From: Thermoproteota archaeon
GTDB lineage: Archaea > Korarchaeota > Korarchaeia > Korarchaeales > Korarchaeaceae
NCBI GenBank assembly: GCA_027491435.1
Contig: JAOZFG010000009.1
Location: 1 to 33,708 of the forward strand
Direction of reading: 5' to 3'
Length of the DNA stretch: 33,708 nucleotides
Shown: positions 1 through 9,450 of the stretch, one piece after another
How positions within the stretch are numbered: position 1 is the stretch's first letter
Layout of the letters: each line of letters opens with the position of its first letter
Notes under the pieces: model-generated
Database searches by the model: none
What the model was told of the DNA's origin: nothing
Seen by the model: the letters and a program-made list of their open reading frames with translations, nothing else
Made by a program: the position numbers and the translations under genes

Positions 1-149
1 AAACCTGTGAACTCGCTTCCTTACGCATCATGGCTCCTCCTGACACCTAGCAAGGCCAAGTTGGCTGACATGCTCAGCTAGGCCCGAAAGTAAGAACAAG
101 GCATAGGCTATACAGCAGGGGTCAGCTCTCTAACGGAGTTGAAAAGGTT

Positions 150-857
150 CCCCCTTTCATCTTCTTAGTCGGGATAAAGCTGGGGAAGATATCGGCGATA
201 CACAGGGATAAGCTTCCCGACCACATAGCCAGGGTTCTGGCCATAGTAGGGTGGTCCCTGCCCACCTTCTGGTCAGCTATCATATTGCTGGCCATATTTT
301 ACGGCTGGCTGGGTTGGTTCCCCCCTGGCAGGTTAAGCCCAGAGGCTCAGGCCATAGTTAGGTCGGAGTCCTGGGTCACTTACACCGGCTTATACACTAT
401 AGATGCCCTGCTCAACGGGAACCTGTTCGTCTTCGTCGATGCCTTGAGGCACCTCTTCCTCCCAGTGTTAAACTTAGTGATAGTGGGCAACACCGGGATA
501 ATGAGGGTTATGAGGTCCAGCATGTTGGAAGAGCTTAACAAGGAGTACGTTTTGGCGGCTAGGTCTAAGGGAGTTGAGGAAAAGGTCATAATAAATAAGC
601 ACGTCACCAGAAACGCTCTGATCCCTGTAGTCACCATGGCTGGAGTTTTGGTGGCTGGGCTGATGACAGGCCTTGTGATAACTGAGACGGTATTCGAGCT
701 AAAGGGGCTAGGGTATTGGGCAGCCCATGCAGCTGAGCAGTTAGACATACCCGCCGTGCTCGCCTTCGCCCTCTTTACCGGCACGGTGTTCGTCATAGCC
801 AATTTGATCGTAGACGTGCTTTACGCCTACATAGACCCGAGGGTCAGGCTCCAGTGA
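150..857 (+). pseudogene. dppB: Peptide ABC transporter permease DppB/OppB, 5'-truncated
   Basis: EAA-loop region (KEYVLAARSKGV...H.TRNALIP) and terminal DVLYAYIDPRVR. The frame stays DppB-like upstream of the track start, back to about 150 (PFIFLVGIKLGKISAIHRDKLPDHIARVLAIVGWSLPTFW). Further upstream it is unrelated, with an in-frame TGA at 66-68. Confidence 0.75.
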
Positions 858-866
858 GGTGGTTGA

Positions 867-1796
867 ATGGCGACTGAGATTAAGAAGGTTCCGATCAGGG
901 AGAGGATCTGGTACAAGGAGCTTAGGTTTATGGTCAAGAGGATAAGGGAAAGTCCTCTCTCCCTAATAGGACTTGGGATAATAGCCTTTTACGTTGTAAT
1001 TGCGATACTCGCCCCTTATCTGGCTCCGCCAAGGCCAGGAAGGGATCCTTTCGAGATACCCAGATATGGTTATACTGTTACGCCCTCCCCTCCCTCGCCT
1101 GAGCACCCCTTCGGTTTGACCCAGGGCCAGTACGACCTGTTCTACGGATGCATATGGGGAACCGTCACAGCTTTTAGGGTAGGGTTGCTGGGCGTCTCTG
1201 GCTCCATCTTGATAGGGCTCACGGTAGGGGCTATAGCCGGCTACTTCGGAGGGCTGGTTGACGAGATACTTATGAGGATAGTCGACGTGGTCTACGCCAT
1301 ACCCGGCCTCATACTTGCCATGGCCTTCGTATTGGCTTTAGGACAGAGCTTGGATAACGTGATCATAGCCCTCATGCTGGTGGGCTGGGCCACATACGCC
1401 AGGCTAACCAGGGCTGGCGTCCTTCAGGTTAAGCAGGAGGATTACGTAGAGGCCGCCAGGGCCATAGGCTCCTCCCACCTCAGGATACTGCTGAGACACA
1501 TCCTGCCGAACAGCATATTCCCCGTGTTCGTGGTGGCTACCCTTGATATAGGCTCCATGGTTCTGACAGCTTCAGCCCTCAGCTTCCTGGGAATAGGGGC
1601 TCCTTTAGGCTACGCCGACTGGGGTCAGCTCATAGCCCTGTCCAGGAACTGGTTGATAGGCACGCCGGAGAATCCCTTTGAGTACTGGTACACCTACACT
1701 TACCCAGGGCTGTTCATCTTCACCTTCGTCCTGGGATGGAACCTGCTGGGAGACGCCTTCAGGGACATACTGGACCCGACTTTGAGGAGGAGGTAA
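867..1796 (+). CDS. dppC: Peptide ABC transporter permease DppC/OppC
   Basis: PPSPEHPFG, EDYVEAARAIG..HILPN and GDAFRDILDP motifs; GAGGTGG RBS. Confidence 0.95.
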   Translation: MATEIKKVPIRERIWYKELRFMVKRIRESPLSLIGLGIIAFYVVIAILAPYLAPPRPGRDPFEIPRYGYTVTPSPPSPEHPFGLTQGQYDLFYGCIWGTVTAFRVGLLGVSGSILIGLTVGAIAGYFGGLVDEILMRIVDVVYAIPGLILAMAFVLALGQSLDNVIIALMLVGWATYARLTRAGVLQVKQEDYVEAARAIGSSHLRILLRHILPNSIFPVFVVATLDIGSMVLTASALSFLGIGAPLGYADWGQLIALSRNWLIGTPENPFEYWYTYTYPGLFIFTFVLGWNLLGDAFRDILDPTLRRR

Positions 1797-1798
1797 GT

Positions 1799-2941
1799 AT
1801 GCCGGATAAGATAATGGAGGTGAAGGACCTCTATGTGAGGTTCTACACTTACGAGGGGGTAGTCAAGGCCGTCGATGGCGTTAACCTGGACGTCTTCAGG
1901 GGCGAAACTCTGGGAATAGTCGGGGAGACTGGCAGCGGGAAGTCAGTCACCACTTACGCTATGATGAACATGGTACCTCCTCCAGGCAAGATTACCAAGG
2001 GAACGGTGATTTACCGGAAGGATGGAAAGGAGTACGTGCTCACTGAGATGCCCGAAAGCGAAATAAGAAAGCTCAGGGGCTCGGACATTTCCAGAATATT
2101 TCAGGAGCCTAAAGCCGCTTTAAACCCAGTTTACAAGGTTGGTGATCAGGTTGCTGAGGCCATACTCATACACAGGAGGAGGGAGATGCTCGAGAGGGCC
2201 CTTGAGTCTCTTCAAGGATCCTTGGTTGGCCTTAAGAGAGCTGTGCTCGAGAGGGCCCTGAAGTCTGAGGACGACCTCTTGGTCAGGATCGTCAAGAGGT
2301 TGCCCCTAGTGAGGCGCCTCTACTGGAGCCCGGTGAAGGCTGAGGCGAGGAAGGAAGTAGTGAAGATACTCAGCTTGATGGGCATACCCGACCCTGACAG
2401 GGTTTATGACATGTACCCTCACGAGCTGAGCGGAGGCATGCAGCAGAGGATAGTAATAGCCATAGCCCTATCCTGTAACCCTCAGCTGTTGATAGCCGAC
2501 GAGCCTACCACTAACCTGGACGTTACGGTGGAGGCCCAAATATTGGAGTTGATGAAGGAGCTTAGGGAGAAGTTCGGCATGACCCTAGTGTACATAACCC
2601 ACGATATGGGCGTGATAGCGGAGATGTCCCAGAGAGTTGCGGTAATGTACGCTGGTAACATAGTGGAGATAGCCGACGTTTACACGATATTCAAGAAGCC
2701 CATGCACCCCTACACCAAGGGGCTCCTGGAGGCAATTCCCATGCCCGGGCGCCCCCTGAAGGACATCCCGGGAACCGTGCCTAACCTGATAAACCCGCCA
2801 TCAGGGTGTCGCTTTCACCCCAGGTGCGAGCACGCCATGGAGAAGTGCAAGTCCAGCAGACCCAAGCTGGTGGAGGTGGAACCGGGGCACTGGGTCGCGT
2901 GCTTCCTCTATCACGATGAGGCAGAGGTGAGTGAAGAGTGA
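1799..2941 (+). CDS. dppD: Peptide ABC transporter ATPase DppD with C-terminal Cys-rich domain
   Basis: GETGSGKS Walker A, LSGGMQQR, IADEPTT, CRFHPRC..C..C. The likely start is the ATG at 1799 after GGAGG, not 1736. Confidence 0.95.
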   Translation: MPDKIMEVKDLYVRFYTYEGVVKAVDGVNLDVFRGETLGIVGETGSGKSVTTYAMMNMVPPPGKITKGTVIYRKDGKEYVLTEMPESEIRKLRGSDISRIFQEPKAALNPVYKVGDQVAEAILIHRRREMLERALESLQGSLVGLKRAVLERALKSEDDLLVRIVKRLPLVRRLYWSPVKAEARKEVVKILSLMGIPDPDRVYDMYPHELSGGMQQRIVIAIALSCNPQLLIADEPTTNLDVTVEAQILELMKELREKFGMTLVYITHDMGVIAEMSQRVAVMYAGNIVEIADVYTIFKKPMHPYTKGLLEAIPMPGRPLKDIPGTVPNLINPPSGCRFHPRCEHAMEKCKSSRPKLVEVEPGHWVACFLYHDEAEVSEE

Positions 2942-4011
2942 TCTCGTTAGAGCATGATGATTGGCTTGCCAAGACCAGGGGCTCCCTGATCAGGACCTAT
3001 AGGTTGAAGAAGCACTTCCCCGTCCTGGGAGGCGTGTTGAAGAGGCCCGTAGCCTGGGTCAAGGCGGTGGACGGCGTTGATATGTGGATAAGAAGGGGGG
3101 AGACTTTAGGGCTAGTTGGTGAGTCGGGCTGCGGGAAGACCACGCTGGGAAAGACCATGATAAGGTTGCTCGACCCGACAAGCGGTCACATATTCTACGA
3201 CGCCCCCGAAGATGTGATCAAGAGGATAATTGAGGGGGACACAAGCAAGGAGCTGAAGGAGCTCAGGAGGAAGTACGACCTGGCCTTCATGAAGGGAAGG
3301 GACTTGAAGAGGTTCAGGAGGAAGATGCAGATAGTCTTCCAGAACCCGTTGACCGCGCTTAACCCGAGGATGATGGTGAAGGACATAGTCGCCGAGCCCC
3401 TGGTGGTTCAGGGGATAGCCAAGGGTGAGGAGGCTTACGAGATGGCCCTCAAAGCCTTGGAAGACGTAGGCCTAGGCAAGGAGCACATGTGGCGTTATCC
3501 TCACGAGTTCTCTGGCGGACAAAGGCAGAGGATTGCCATAGCTAGGGCTCTAGTCCTCAAGCCAGAGTTCATAGTGCTGGACGAGCCAACCTCGGCTGTA
3601 GACGTCTCTGTTAGGGCCAGGCTCCTGAAGCTCTTTAAGGAACTTCAGGAGAAGTATGGGTTGACCTACCTCTTCATAAGCCACGACCTGTCCCAGGTTC
3701 AGGTGATAAGCGACAGGGTTGCAGTCATGTACCTGGGCAGGATAGTGGAGCTGGCCGACGCTGAGGAGATTTTTGAGAAGCCCCTGCACCCGTACACTCA
3801 GGCGCTGTTCTCCGCCAAACCCGTGCCGGATCCCACAGTTAAAAAGGAGAGGATAGTGTTAAAGGGGGACGTGCCCAGCCCCGTCAACCCGCCCTCAGGT
3901 TGTCGCTTCCACCCAAGGTGTTTCAGGAGATTCGAGCCCTGCGATAAGGAAGAGCCTCCCTTGGTGGAGGTGGAACCGGGGCACTGGGTTGCATGTCACC
4001 TTTACAGGTGA
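2938..4011 (+). CDS. dppF: Peptide ABC transporter ATPase DppF
   Basis: [30 protein letters not shown]; GTGA overlap with dppD. Confidence 0.95.
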   Translation: MISLEHDDWLAKTRGSLIRTYRLKKHFPVLGGVLKRPVAWVKAVDGVDMWIRRGETLGLVGESGCGKTTLGKTMIRLLDPTSGHIFYDAPEDVIKRIIEGDTSKELKELRRKYDLAFMKGRDLKRFRRKMQIVFQNPLTALNPRMMVKDIVAEPLVVQGIAKGEEAYEMALKALEDVGLGKEHMWRYPHEFSGGQRQRIAIARALVLKPEFIVLDEPTSAVDVSVRARLLKLFKELQEKYGLTYLFISHDLSQVQVISDRVAVMYLGRIVELADAEEIFEKPLHPYTQALFSAKPVPDPTVKKERIVLKGDVPSPVNPPSGCRFHPRCFRRFEPCDKEEPPLVEVEPGHWVACHLYR

Positions 4012-4015
4012 TTCC

Positions 4016-4564
4016 ATGAGCCTTAAGTCCATCGTGGCCGCTCTGGCCCTCCTACTAATTTCTTCCACAGCAAGCTACCTCTTCTTCACCAGCCTGAAGT
4101 CATCTGAGCTCCCTGTACCTCCAGATGACTACTACATAACCAGGCTTCCAGAAGACTTCAGGTGCGAGCCCCTTGAGGTGAAGGGGAGCATGCCCATAAG
4201 GACGACCCCTGAAGGGCTATCCCTGAGGGGGGGTTTAGGAGTCCAGCTGCTCTGCAGGTACAACCCCCCTGAGAAGGTCCTGGTTTACTTGGCTTTCATG
4301 AAGCTGCCTGATAGGGAGACAGCCAGGAGGGTCGCTGAGGACATAGTGAAGTACGTGAACACTTCTAGGGAGAAGTATAATGTGTGGAGCTACCGCTTGG
4401 GTTCTGATGAGGGCAGAGCTTACTTTGACTACCCTGGCTTGAGGTGGGAGATGTGGTACAGAGGAAGGTGGATAGTGGAGGTGGGCGTGGGGAAGTCGGG
4501 TCAACCAGGGGCGGAAATAATAAAGAGGGTTAAGGAGTGCATCTCTAGGCTTGGGAGGCCTTAG
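4016..4564 (+). CDS. Hypothetical protein with N-terminal signal or membrane anchor
   Basis: ATG at 4016 after AGGTGA; hydrophobic N-terminus; host-like codon usage; directly follows dppF. Confidence 0.75.
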   Translation: MSLKSIVAALALLLISSTASYLFFTSLKSSELPVPPDDYYITRLPEDFRCEPLEVKGSMPIRTTPEGLSLRGGLGVQLLCRYNPPEKVLVYLAFMKLPDRETARRVAEDIVKYVNTSREKYNVWSYRLGSDEGRAYFDYPGLRWEMWYRGRWIVEVGVGKSGQPGAEIIKRVKECISRLGRP

Positions 4565-4580
4565 TTATTACCCCTGGCGG

Positions 4581-4946
4581 TCAGTATTTAACCCCCACCT
4601 GTGGTACCTCCACCTGCTTCGCCACCAAGTAACCCCCCTCGTCTGAGACCTCCATGACCACTTGATAGCCCACGAACTTCCTCAAATCGTCCAGCACCTC
4701 GTACCACTTCAAGTCGTGATTTCCGTACCACCCCCTCAGGTAGATCCTGTACTCTCCACGATCCGCTGAGACCACCACGTAGTAATCCCCAACTTCCTTC
4801 AGGACTCCAGTTATCTTGAGCTCTACCTCTCCCTCCTCGCTGAAGAGCTTTGTTTCTACTCCTGTGGTCAAGGGGTACCAGAAAGGGAAGGTCGCTATGG
4901 CTAAGGCTGCTATGAGCGCTAAGGCGAACTTGTACTCTTCCCTCAT
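4581..4946 (-). CDS. Hypothetical membrane-anchored beta-rich protein (OB-fold-like)
   Basis: N-terminal TM segment followed by alternating beta-strand patterns; 4 bp downstream of the DUF4405 gene. Confidence 0.7.
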   Translation of the reverse strand: MREEYKFALALIAALAIATFPFWYPLTTGVETKLFSEEGEVELKITGVLKEVGDYYVVVSADRGEYRIYLRGWYGNHDLKWYEVLDDLRKFVGYQVVMEVSDEGGYLVAKQVEVPQVGVKY

Positions 4947-4950
4947 AATA

Positions 4951-5220
4951 TCACCCCGCCAACCTCTTCCACAGAACCTTGAGGGCCCTGAAGTTCAGAT
5001 CTACGTGTATCAGCGCAGTCCCTGCCATTAAGAAGCCTATTATCGTGTGCCAGTACTCCCAATCTGCCTTGGTCATCATGAGGAGCCATGCCTCCGAGCT
5101 ACCCCTCCCGTGAGGGGCTACGTACAGCATGATCCCGCTTAGTAGCAAGAAGGCTCCCATGAACAGCTGGGATATGCTGACCACCGACCTTACCTTCAAC
5201 TTGAACTCGTTGAAGTTCAT
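4951..5220 (-). CDS. DUF4405-family small membrane protein
   Basis: LLLSGIMLY...W..WH...GFLM....H pattern; GGAGGTGA RBS. Confidence 0.8.
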   Translation of the reverse strand: MNFNEFKLKVRSVVSISQLFMGAFLLLSGIMLYVAPHGRGSSEAWLLMMTKADWEYWHTIIGFLMAGTALIHVDLNFRALKVLWKRLAG

Positions 5221-5508
5221 CACATCACCTCCAAGGCGTTCTCGCTATAATCGCTTAAATGGGATATGAACGAATTGTCCTGGTTCAGCTAAATTGGTTT
5301 TAAGGGTTTAACGAGGGAATTTATCAGGGAGTTAGCGAACAGGCTGTGCTGAACCTGTGGGATGGAGGCCTTTATGCTCCCGTAATGAAACTGTACAGTC
5401 ACGTGTTGAGGGCAGGCTGCGTTCACAGCGGTGCACACCCTGAGGTGCTCTAAATGTAAAGGCTGCCTGAATCCAAGGTGGATGAGCAACGGAGCTCCTA
5501 GACTTCGT

Positions 5509-5883
5509 CTAGCTCCTTCTGTTTAACCACCTCCAGGACAGCCAAGTTAAGAAGGCTCCACCTAGGGCTGACAGTGGGAATAGGAGCAAGCTCATCCTCT
5601 CGCTCTCGAGGTAGCAAGCGCTTAGGCAGGGGTTCTGAACCACTCCAAGTAAGCCTAGAATTCCCCAAAGGGAGACGGCCAGCACCCAGATAGATAAAGC
5701 TAGAGAGAGCTTCCTAGCCCTAATCAGGAAGGTTAAGGCCAGTACAGCGTAAGAGTACCTGAGCACCAGGCATGTTAGGCAGGGCATGACGTTAAGGACG
5801 TGTTCGACGAACAGGCTAAGGGCTAAGCCGGATGCCGCGACCGAAGCGCCCAAGTACCTCTCATCTAACATATGAAAATTCAT
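5509..5883 (-). CDS. DsbB-like disulfide bond formation membrane protein
   Basis: Four TM segments; E..L...PCLTC...R motif after TM1; second Cys pair CLSAC. Confidence 0.75.
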   Translation of the reverse strand: MNFHMLDERYLGASVAASGLALSLFVEHVLNVMPCLTCLVLRYSYAVLALTFLIRARKLSLALSIWVLAVSLWGILGLLGVVQNPCLSACYLESERMSLLLFPLSALGGAFLTWLSWRWLNRRS

Positions 5884-6008
5884 TTAGATAAAAAATAAAA
5901 ACGTAGTTGTGCGACGCCCTCAGTCAAGGGCCCTTTATTTCACATTTACCTCCCTCAGGAGGATTTTTGGGATGACAAGCTTTTCAACTCCTGAACATCG
6001 TTCACCTT

Positions 6009-6764
6009 ATGAGGGAAACGCACGTAATCACCTGTGGGGTGAGCCTCCTAGTTAACACCGCCAGGGCCCTTAAGGGTAAGGGGATTCTAGACGACGAGAA
6101 GCTGAACTCTTTGAGCAACTATGCCAAGATGGAAGAGGTCTTGAACTCTCTATCGCCTGAGGAGAGGAAGGAGCTAAAGGATCAGATGCTGTCTTTCCTC
6201 AGACAGGATCCTAGGAAAGCTAGCGCCGAGATGAACGCTCTCCTGGGTTACTTGAAGGAAGCGGTAGGGGTTGAGGTGGAGAAGGTCCACCTGCTAGTCT
6301 CGGACACTCAGGCCGGTAAGATCACGGCAGACGCCCTGCTCAGTTATCTGGAAGAGGACATGGGCATTGACACCGACAGGCATGTGGTTCAGGGGTTCGG
6401 CTCCGAGGACTTCAAGAGGGCCCTTAAGAACCTGACTAACACGGTCAGGGGGGTAGTGAAATCCTCGAAGAACGTGGTCCTCAACCTGACTGGAGGTTTT
6501 AAGGCTGAGATAGCTGCCCTATCGGCTTTAGCTGCTGAAAGCGGGTTGAGAGCCTATTACATCCACGAGAAGTCCAAGAGAGTGGTTATGCTGCCCACGG
6601 CCGAGGAGCTTAAGGTTAGGGTGACGAGGTGGGAGAAAATAGGCGGAATCTTAGCCCTCCTGCTGGGTTTACCCTATGATTCCCTCTTGGGGTCGCCTGC
6701 TTTCATACCAATAACCGCGGCCTTGGCTGTGGTGACGCTTTGGATCATGTGGACCAAAGCCTGA
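6009..6764 (+). CDS. CARF-domain protein (APE2256/Crn1-like) with C-terminal hydrophobic helices
   Basis: HVITCGVSLL.N, SAEMNAL, VHLLVSDT..G, VVLNLTGGFKAE and YYIHE...V.LP motifs, followed by two hydrophobic segments. Confidence 0.85.
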   Translation: MRETHVITCGVSLLVNTARALKGKGILDDEKLNSLSNYAKMEEVLNSLSPEERKELKDQMLSFLRQDPRKASAEMNALLGYLKEAVGVEVEKVHLLVSDTQAGKITADALLSYLEEDMGIDTDRHVVQGFGSEDFKRALKNLTNTVRGVVKSSKNVVLNLTGGFKAEIAALSALAAESGLRAYYIHEKSKRVVMLPTAEELKVRVTRWEKIGGILALLLGLPYDSLLGSPAFIPITAALAVVTLWIMWTKA

Positions 6765-6846
6765 TCAGGTCACGGCCACTATTTCCCAAAAATTTTTTAT
6801 GATCGGCGCGAGCCCATTACTTGAATAACATTTTAAGTGACCTGAA

Positions 6847-7857
6847 ATGACAGCTGAAGCCTTAGTCAAGGTTGAGGGGGTGAAGAAGAAGTACGAAACT
6901 TACCTGAGGAAGGGCTTGAAGCGAGAGAAGAGGGTAGTGGAGGCTTTAAAGGGCATATCCTTCAAGGTGTATTCCGGAGAGGTCTTCGGGCTTCTAGGCC
7001 CTAACGGAGCTGGGAAGACAACCACCGTCAAGGTGATCAGCACACTACTTATCCCCGATGAGGGAAGGGCTGAAGTCATGGGTTACGATACGGTAAAGGA
7101 AGCGGTAAAGGTTAGACAGAATATAGGCGTGTCTCTGAGCGTCGAGAGGGGTTTCTTCTGGAAGCTTACTGGAAGAGAGAACCTGACCTACTTCGGGATG
7201 CTTTACGGGCTCGATGGCGAACGGCTTAGGGAGAGGGTAAACGAGTTGTTGGAGCTCGTCGGTTTGAGCGAGATGGACGCCGCCGATAAGCTTTACGAGG
7301 AGTACTCCTTGGGCATGAAGGCAAGGCTCAGCTTGGCCAGGGCCCTGATCACAGACCCTCCTGTGATAATACTTGACGAGCCCACTTTGGGGCTAGACCC
7401 TCCCTCGGCCAGGAGGCTTAGGGAGATATTGGTGGACCTAGCCCACAACCAGGGGAAGGCCGTCATAGTCACCACCCACAACATGTTCGAAGCCGAGATC
7501 ATGTGCGACAGGGTGGCAATAATTAACGAGGGGAGGATTGTGGCCTTAGACACGGTGCCAGGGCTTAAATCTAGAGTTGCTGACTCCATAACGCTTGAGA
7601 TCCTCGCTAGAGTGCCGGCTAACGTGTCTGTGGAGGAGCTGGTTAACGAGTTGAACGGTTACGAGGCGATAACGGCCAAGCCCGAGGGAGAGGGAGTGTC
7701 CATCAAGATAATGATAAGGCCTCAGGAGAAAGAGGCTGTCACAGCTGAAGCCCTGAAGGCCCTGCACTCTAGGGGAGTTGACGTCAGGAGAGTTGAGGTG
7801 AAGGAGCCCACCCTGGAGGAGGTGTTCGTCAAGCTCACTGGGAGGAGGGGGTTCTGA
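6847..7857 (+). CDS. ABC exporter ATP-binding protein (DrrA/NodI-like)
   Basis: GPNGAGKT, YSLGM signature, ILDEPT, EPTLEEVF terminus. Confidence 0.95.
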   Translation: MTAEALVKVEGVKKKYETYLRKGLKREKRVVEALKGISFKVYSGEVFGLLGPNGAGKTTTVKVISTLLIPDEGRAEVMGYDTVKEAVKVRQNIGVSLSVERGFFWKLTGRENLTYFGMLYGLDGERLRERVNELLELVGLSEMDAADKLYEEYSLGMKARLSLARALITDPPVIILDEPTLGLDPPSARRLREILVDLAHNQGKAVIVTTHNMFEAEIMCDRVAIINEGRIVALDTVPGLKSRVADSITLEILARVPANVSVEELVNELNGYEAITAKPEGEGVSIKIMIRPQEKEAVTAEALKALHSRGVDVRRVEVKEPTLEEVFVKLTGRRGF

Positions 7858-8675
7858 TGGGGGCTCTAACTCTTGTGAAGGCTGGGCTCTACTCCGAAAT
7901 CAATTTCATGAAGAACAACAGGGCTTCCTTTATCGCCGGTCTCGTGTGGCCCTACCTGTTGCTGGGCTTCATGGTTGGGGCTGGCCTCCTGTTAGGGAGC
8001 GAGCATAACTTCAAGGTCAACCTGAAGGTGGACGCTAACCCCTTGCTCTTCTTCGTCGCCTCCACTTTCGTAGCCTCGATCTCACTTAACGTGATGTGGC
8101 AGGTTGGCGGGAGTGTCCTCTTTTACAGGTGGGTTGGCGTGCTTCCTTACGTGCTCCTGGCTCCCCACAGGCCCTCCACCATAATAGTGCTGGAGTACTT
8201 GCCAAAGTACTTCCTTAACTCCCTCATCATGCTCTCAGAATTCTTACCTTTAATCTTCCTGACTGAGGGCTTAGTTGAGGGCGTCCTAGACGTGTCAATC
8301 CTGTTGCTGGCCATGGTACTGGGGATGCTTCCCCTAATAGGCTTTTCAGCTATACTAGCCTCATTCCTGCTCACCACTGAGGAGGAGTCCAACTTCATGA
8401 GCTGGTTGAACCCGCTCATCCTAATACTTTCTGGAGCTTACTACCCGGCTTACCTCTTCCCCCAGTGGATGCAGATGGTATCCCAGATCCTCCCGACCAC
8501 AGTAACCCTTGAGATAGCTAGGCTAATAGCCCTGATGAACACGGAGTTCAGTCACGTTATCTTCTTGGCCGGGGTACTTCTGGGCATGGCTATGTTTTAC
8601 AACGGCCTTTCCCTGCCCATGATAGAGAGAGCGGAGAGGAAGGCCTTGAGGGAGGGAGTTATAGATGTCTACTAA
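7857..8675 (+). CDS. ABC-2 type permease
   Basis: About six TM segments; LSGAYYP..FP.WMQ..S..LP motif; TGATG coupling. Confidence 0.9.
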   Translation: MGALTLVKAGLYSEINFMKNNRASFIAGLVWPYLLLGFMVGAGLLLGSEHNFKVNLKVDANPLLFFVASTFVASISLNVMWQVGGSVLFYRWVGVLPYVLLAPHRPSTIIVLEYLPKYFLNSLIMLSEFLPLIFLTEGLVEGVLDVSILLLAMVLGMLPLIGFSAILASFLLTTEEESNFMSWLNPLILILSGAYYPAYLFPQWMQMVSQILPTTVTLEIARLIALMNTEFSHVIFLAGVLLGMAMFYNGLSLPMIERAERKALREGVIDVY

Positions 8676-9450
8676 GGTTAAGGCCGTGGTCTGGCTACAC
8701 CTGATAAGGCTCTACAGGTACAGGCTCTCCTTCCTGGGGTTGGTGCTTAGCAACATAATGTGGGTTCTCATGGCCCTCCTGGGAGTGCTCCTGTTCATAT
8801 CGCCGGAGCAGTTCAACGAGGCCACTAAAGCAGCCTTCTGGTCCATAGTAGGGTGGATCTTCCTGGCAGACTTCTCCAACCTGGTGGGCGGGTGGACCAA
8901 CTTCTTCATATCCATACACATGGTGGAGGAGCACATCCTCAGGAACACTTCCCCCTTCCTAGCCCTGCTTGGTAGGGGGATAACCGCTCTAATAGTGACC
9001 GTGGCCTCTTCCGCTGCCATGGGGCTGGTGTTTGGGTCTCTATTCTCTGTGGATATACTCTGGCTGTCTAATCCTGCCCTGTTCCTGGTTGCAGCTTTAC
9101 TACTGGTGGTGGAGGCCCTCTCCTACGGACTGATAATAGCCTCACTTGCCATGAGGACGACTATATCCTATAACTTCCTTGAGATAGCTTCCTTCGTGCT
9201 GGTAGGTCTGTTCATAGTCCCGCTAGATTCGATACCCCCGGAAACCAGGACTGTATTCCTGGCCGTGCCCTTTGTGGCCCCTGTTCACCTGATGAAGGTA
9301 GCAGCTGGCGTCTCTTCGGGTTACTTGCTGGAGTCGTTGGCGATTAGTTTGCTCGAGGCTTTGATCTTCGTTGTCTTAACAGTTCACTCGGCTGTAAAGA
9401 CCATGAAATACGTGATGAAGCAGGGAGTGAAGGCAGTAGGGGCGTGGTGA
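8665..9450 (+). CDS. ABC-2 type permease (second subunit)
   Basis: About six TM segments; GLF.VP...P motif; overlaps the upstream permease. Confidence 0.85.
   Translation: MSTKVKAVVWLHLIRLYRYRLSFLGLVLSNIMWVLMALLGVLLFISPEQFNEATKAAFWSIVGWIFLADFSNLVGGWTNFFISIHMVEEHILRNTSPFLALLGRGITALIVTVASSAAMGLVFGSLFSVDILWLSNPALFLVAALLLVVEALSYGLIIASLAMRTTISYNFLEIASFVLVGLFIVPLDSIPPETRTVFLAVPFVAPVHLMKVAAGVSSGYLLESLAISLLEALIFVVLTVHSAVKTMKYVMKQGVKAVGAW

Noticed and set aside
121-147. CRISPR-repeat-like GTCAGCTCTCTAACGGAGTTGAAAAG; GGAGTTGAAAAG also occurs reversed near 5980-5991
   Set aside because: There are no regularly spaced copies. The 5980 copy sits where the CARF gene TATA box is expected, and other copies conserve only the left part.
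5289-5489. 66-aa minus-strand ORF and Cys-containing plus-strand fragments
   Set aside because: No RBS or recognisable family. Possibly another IS remnant, but too degraded to call.
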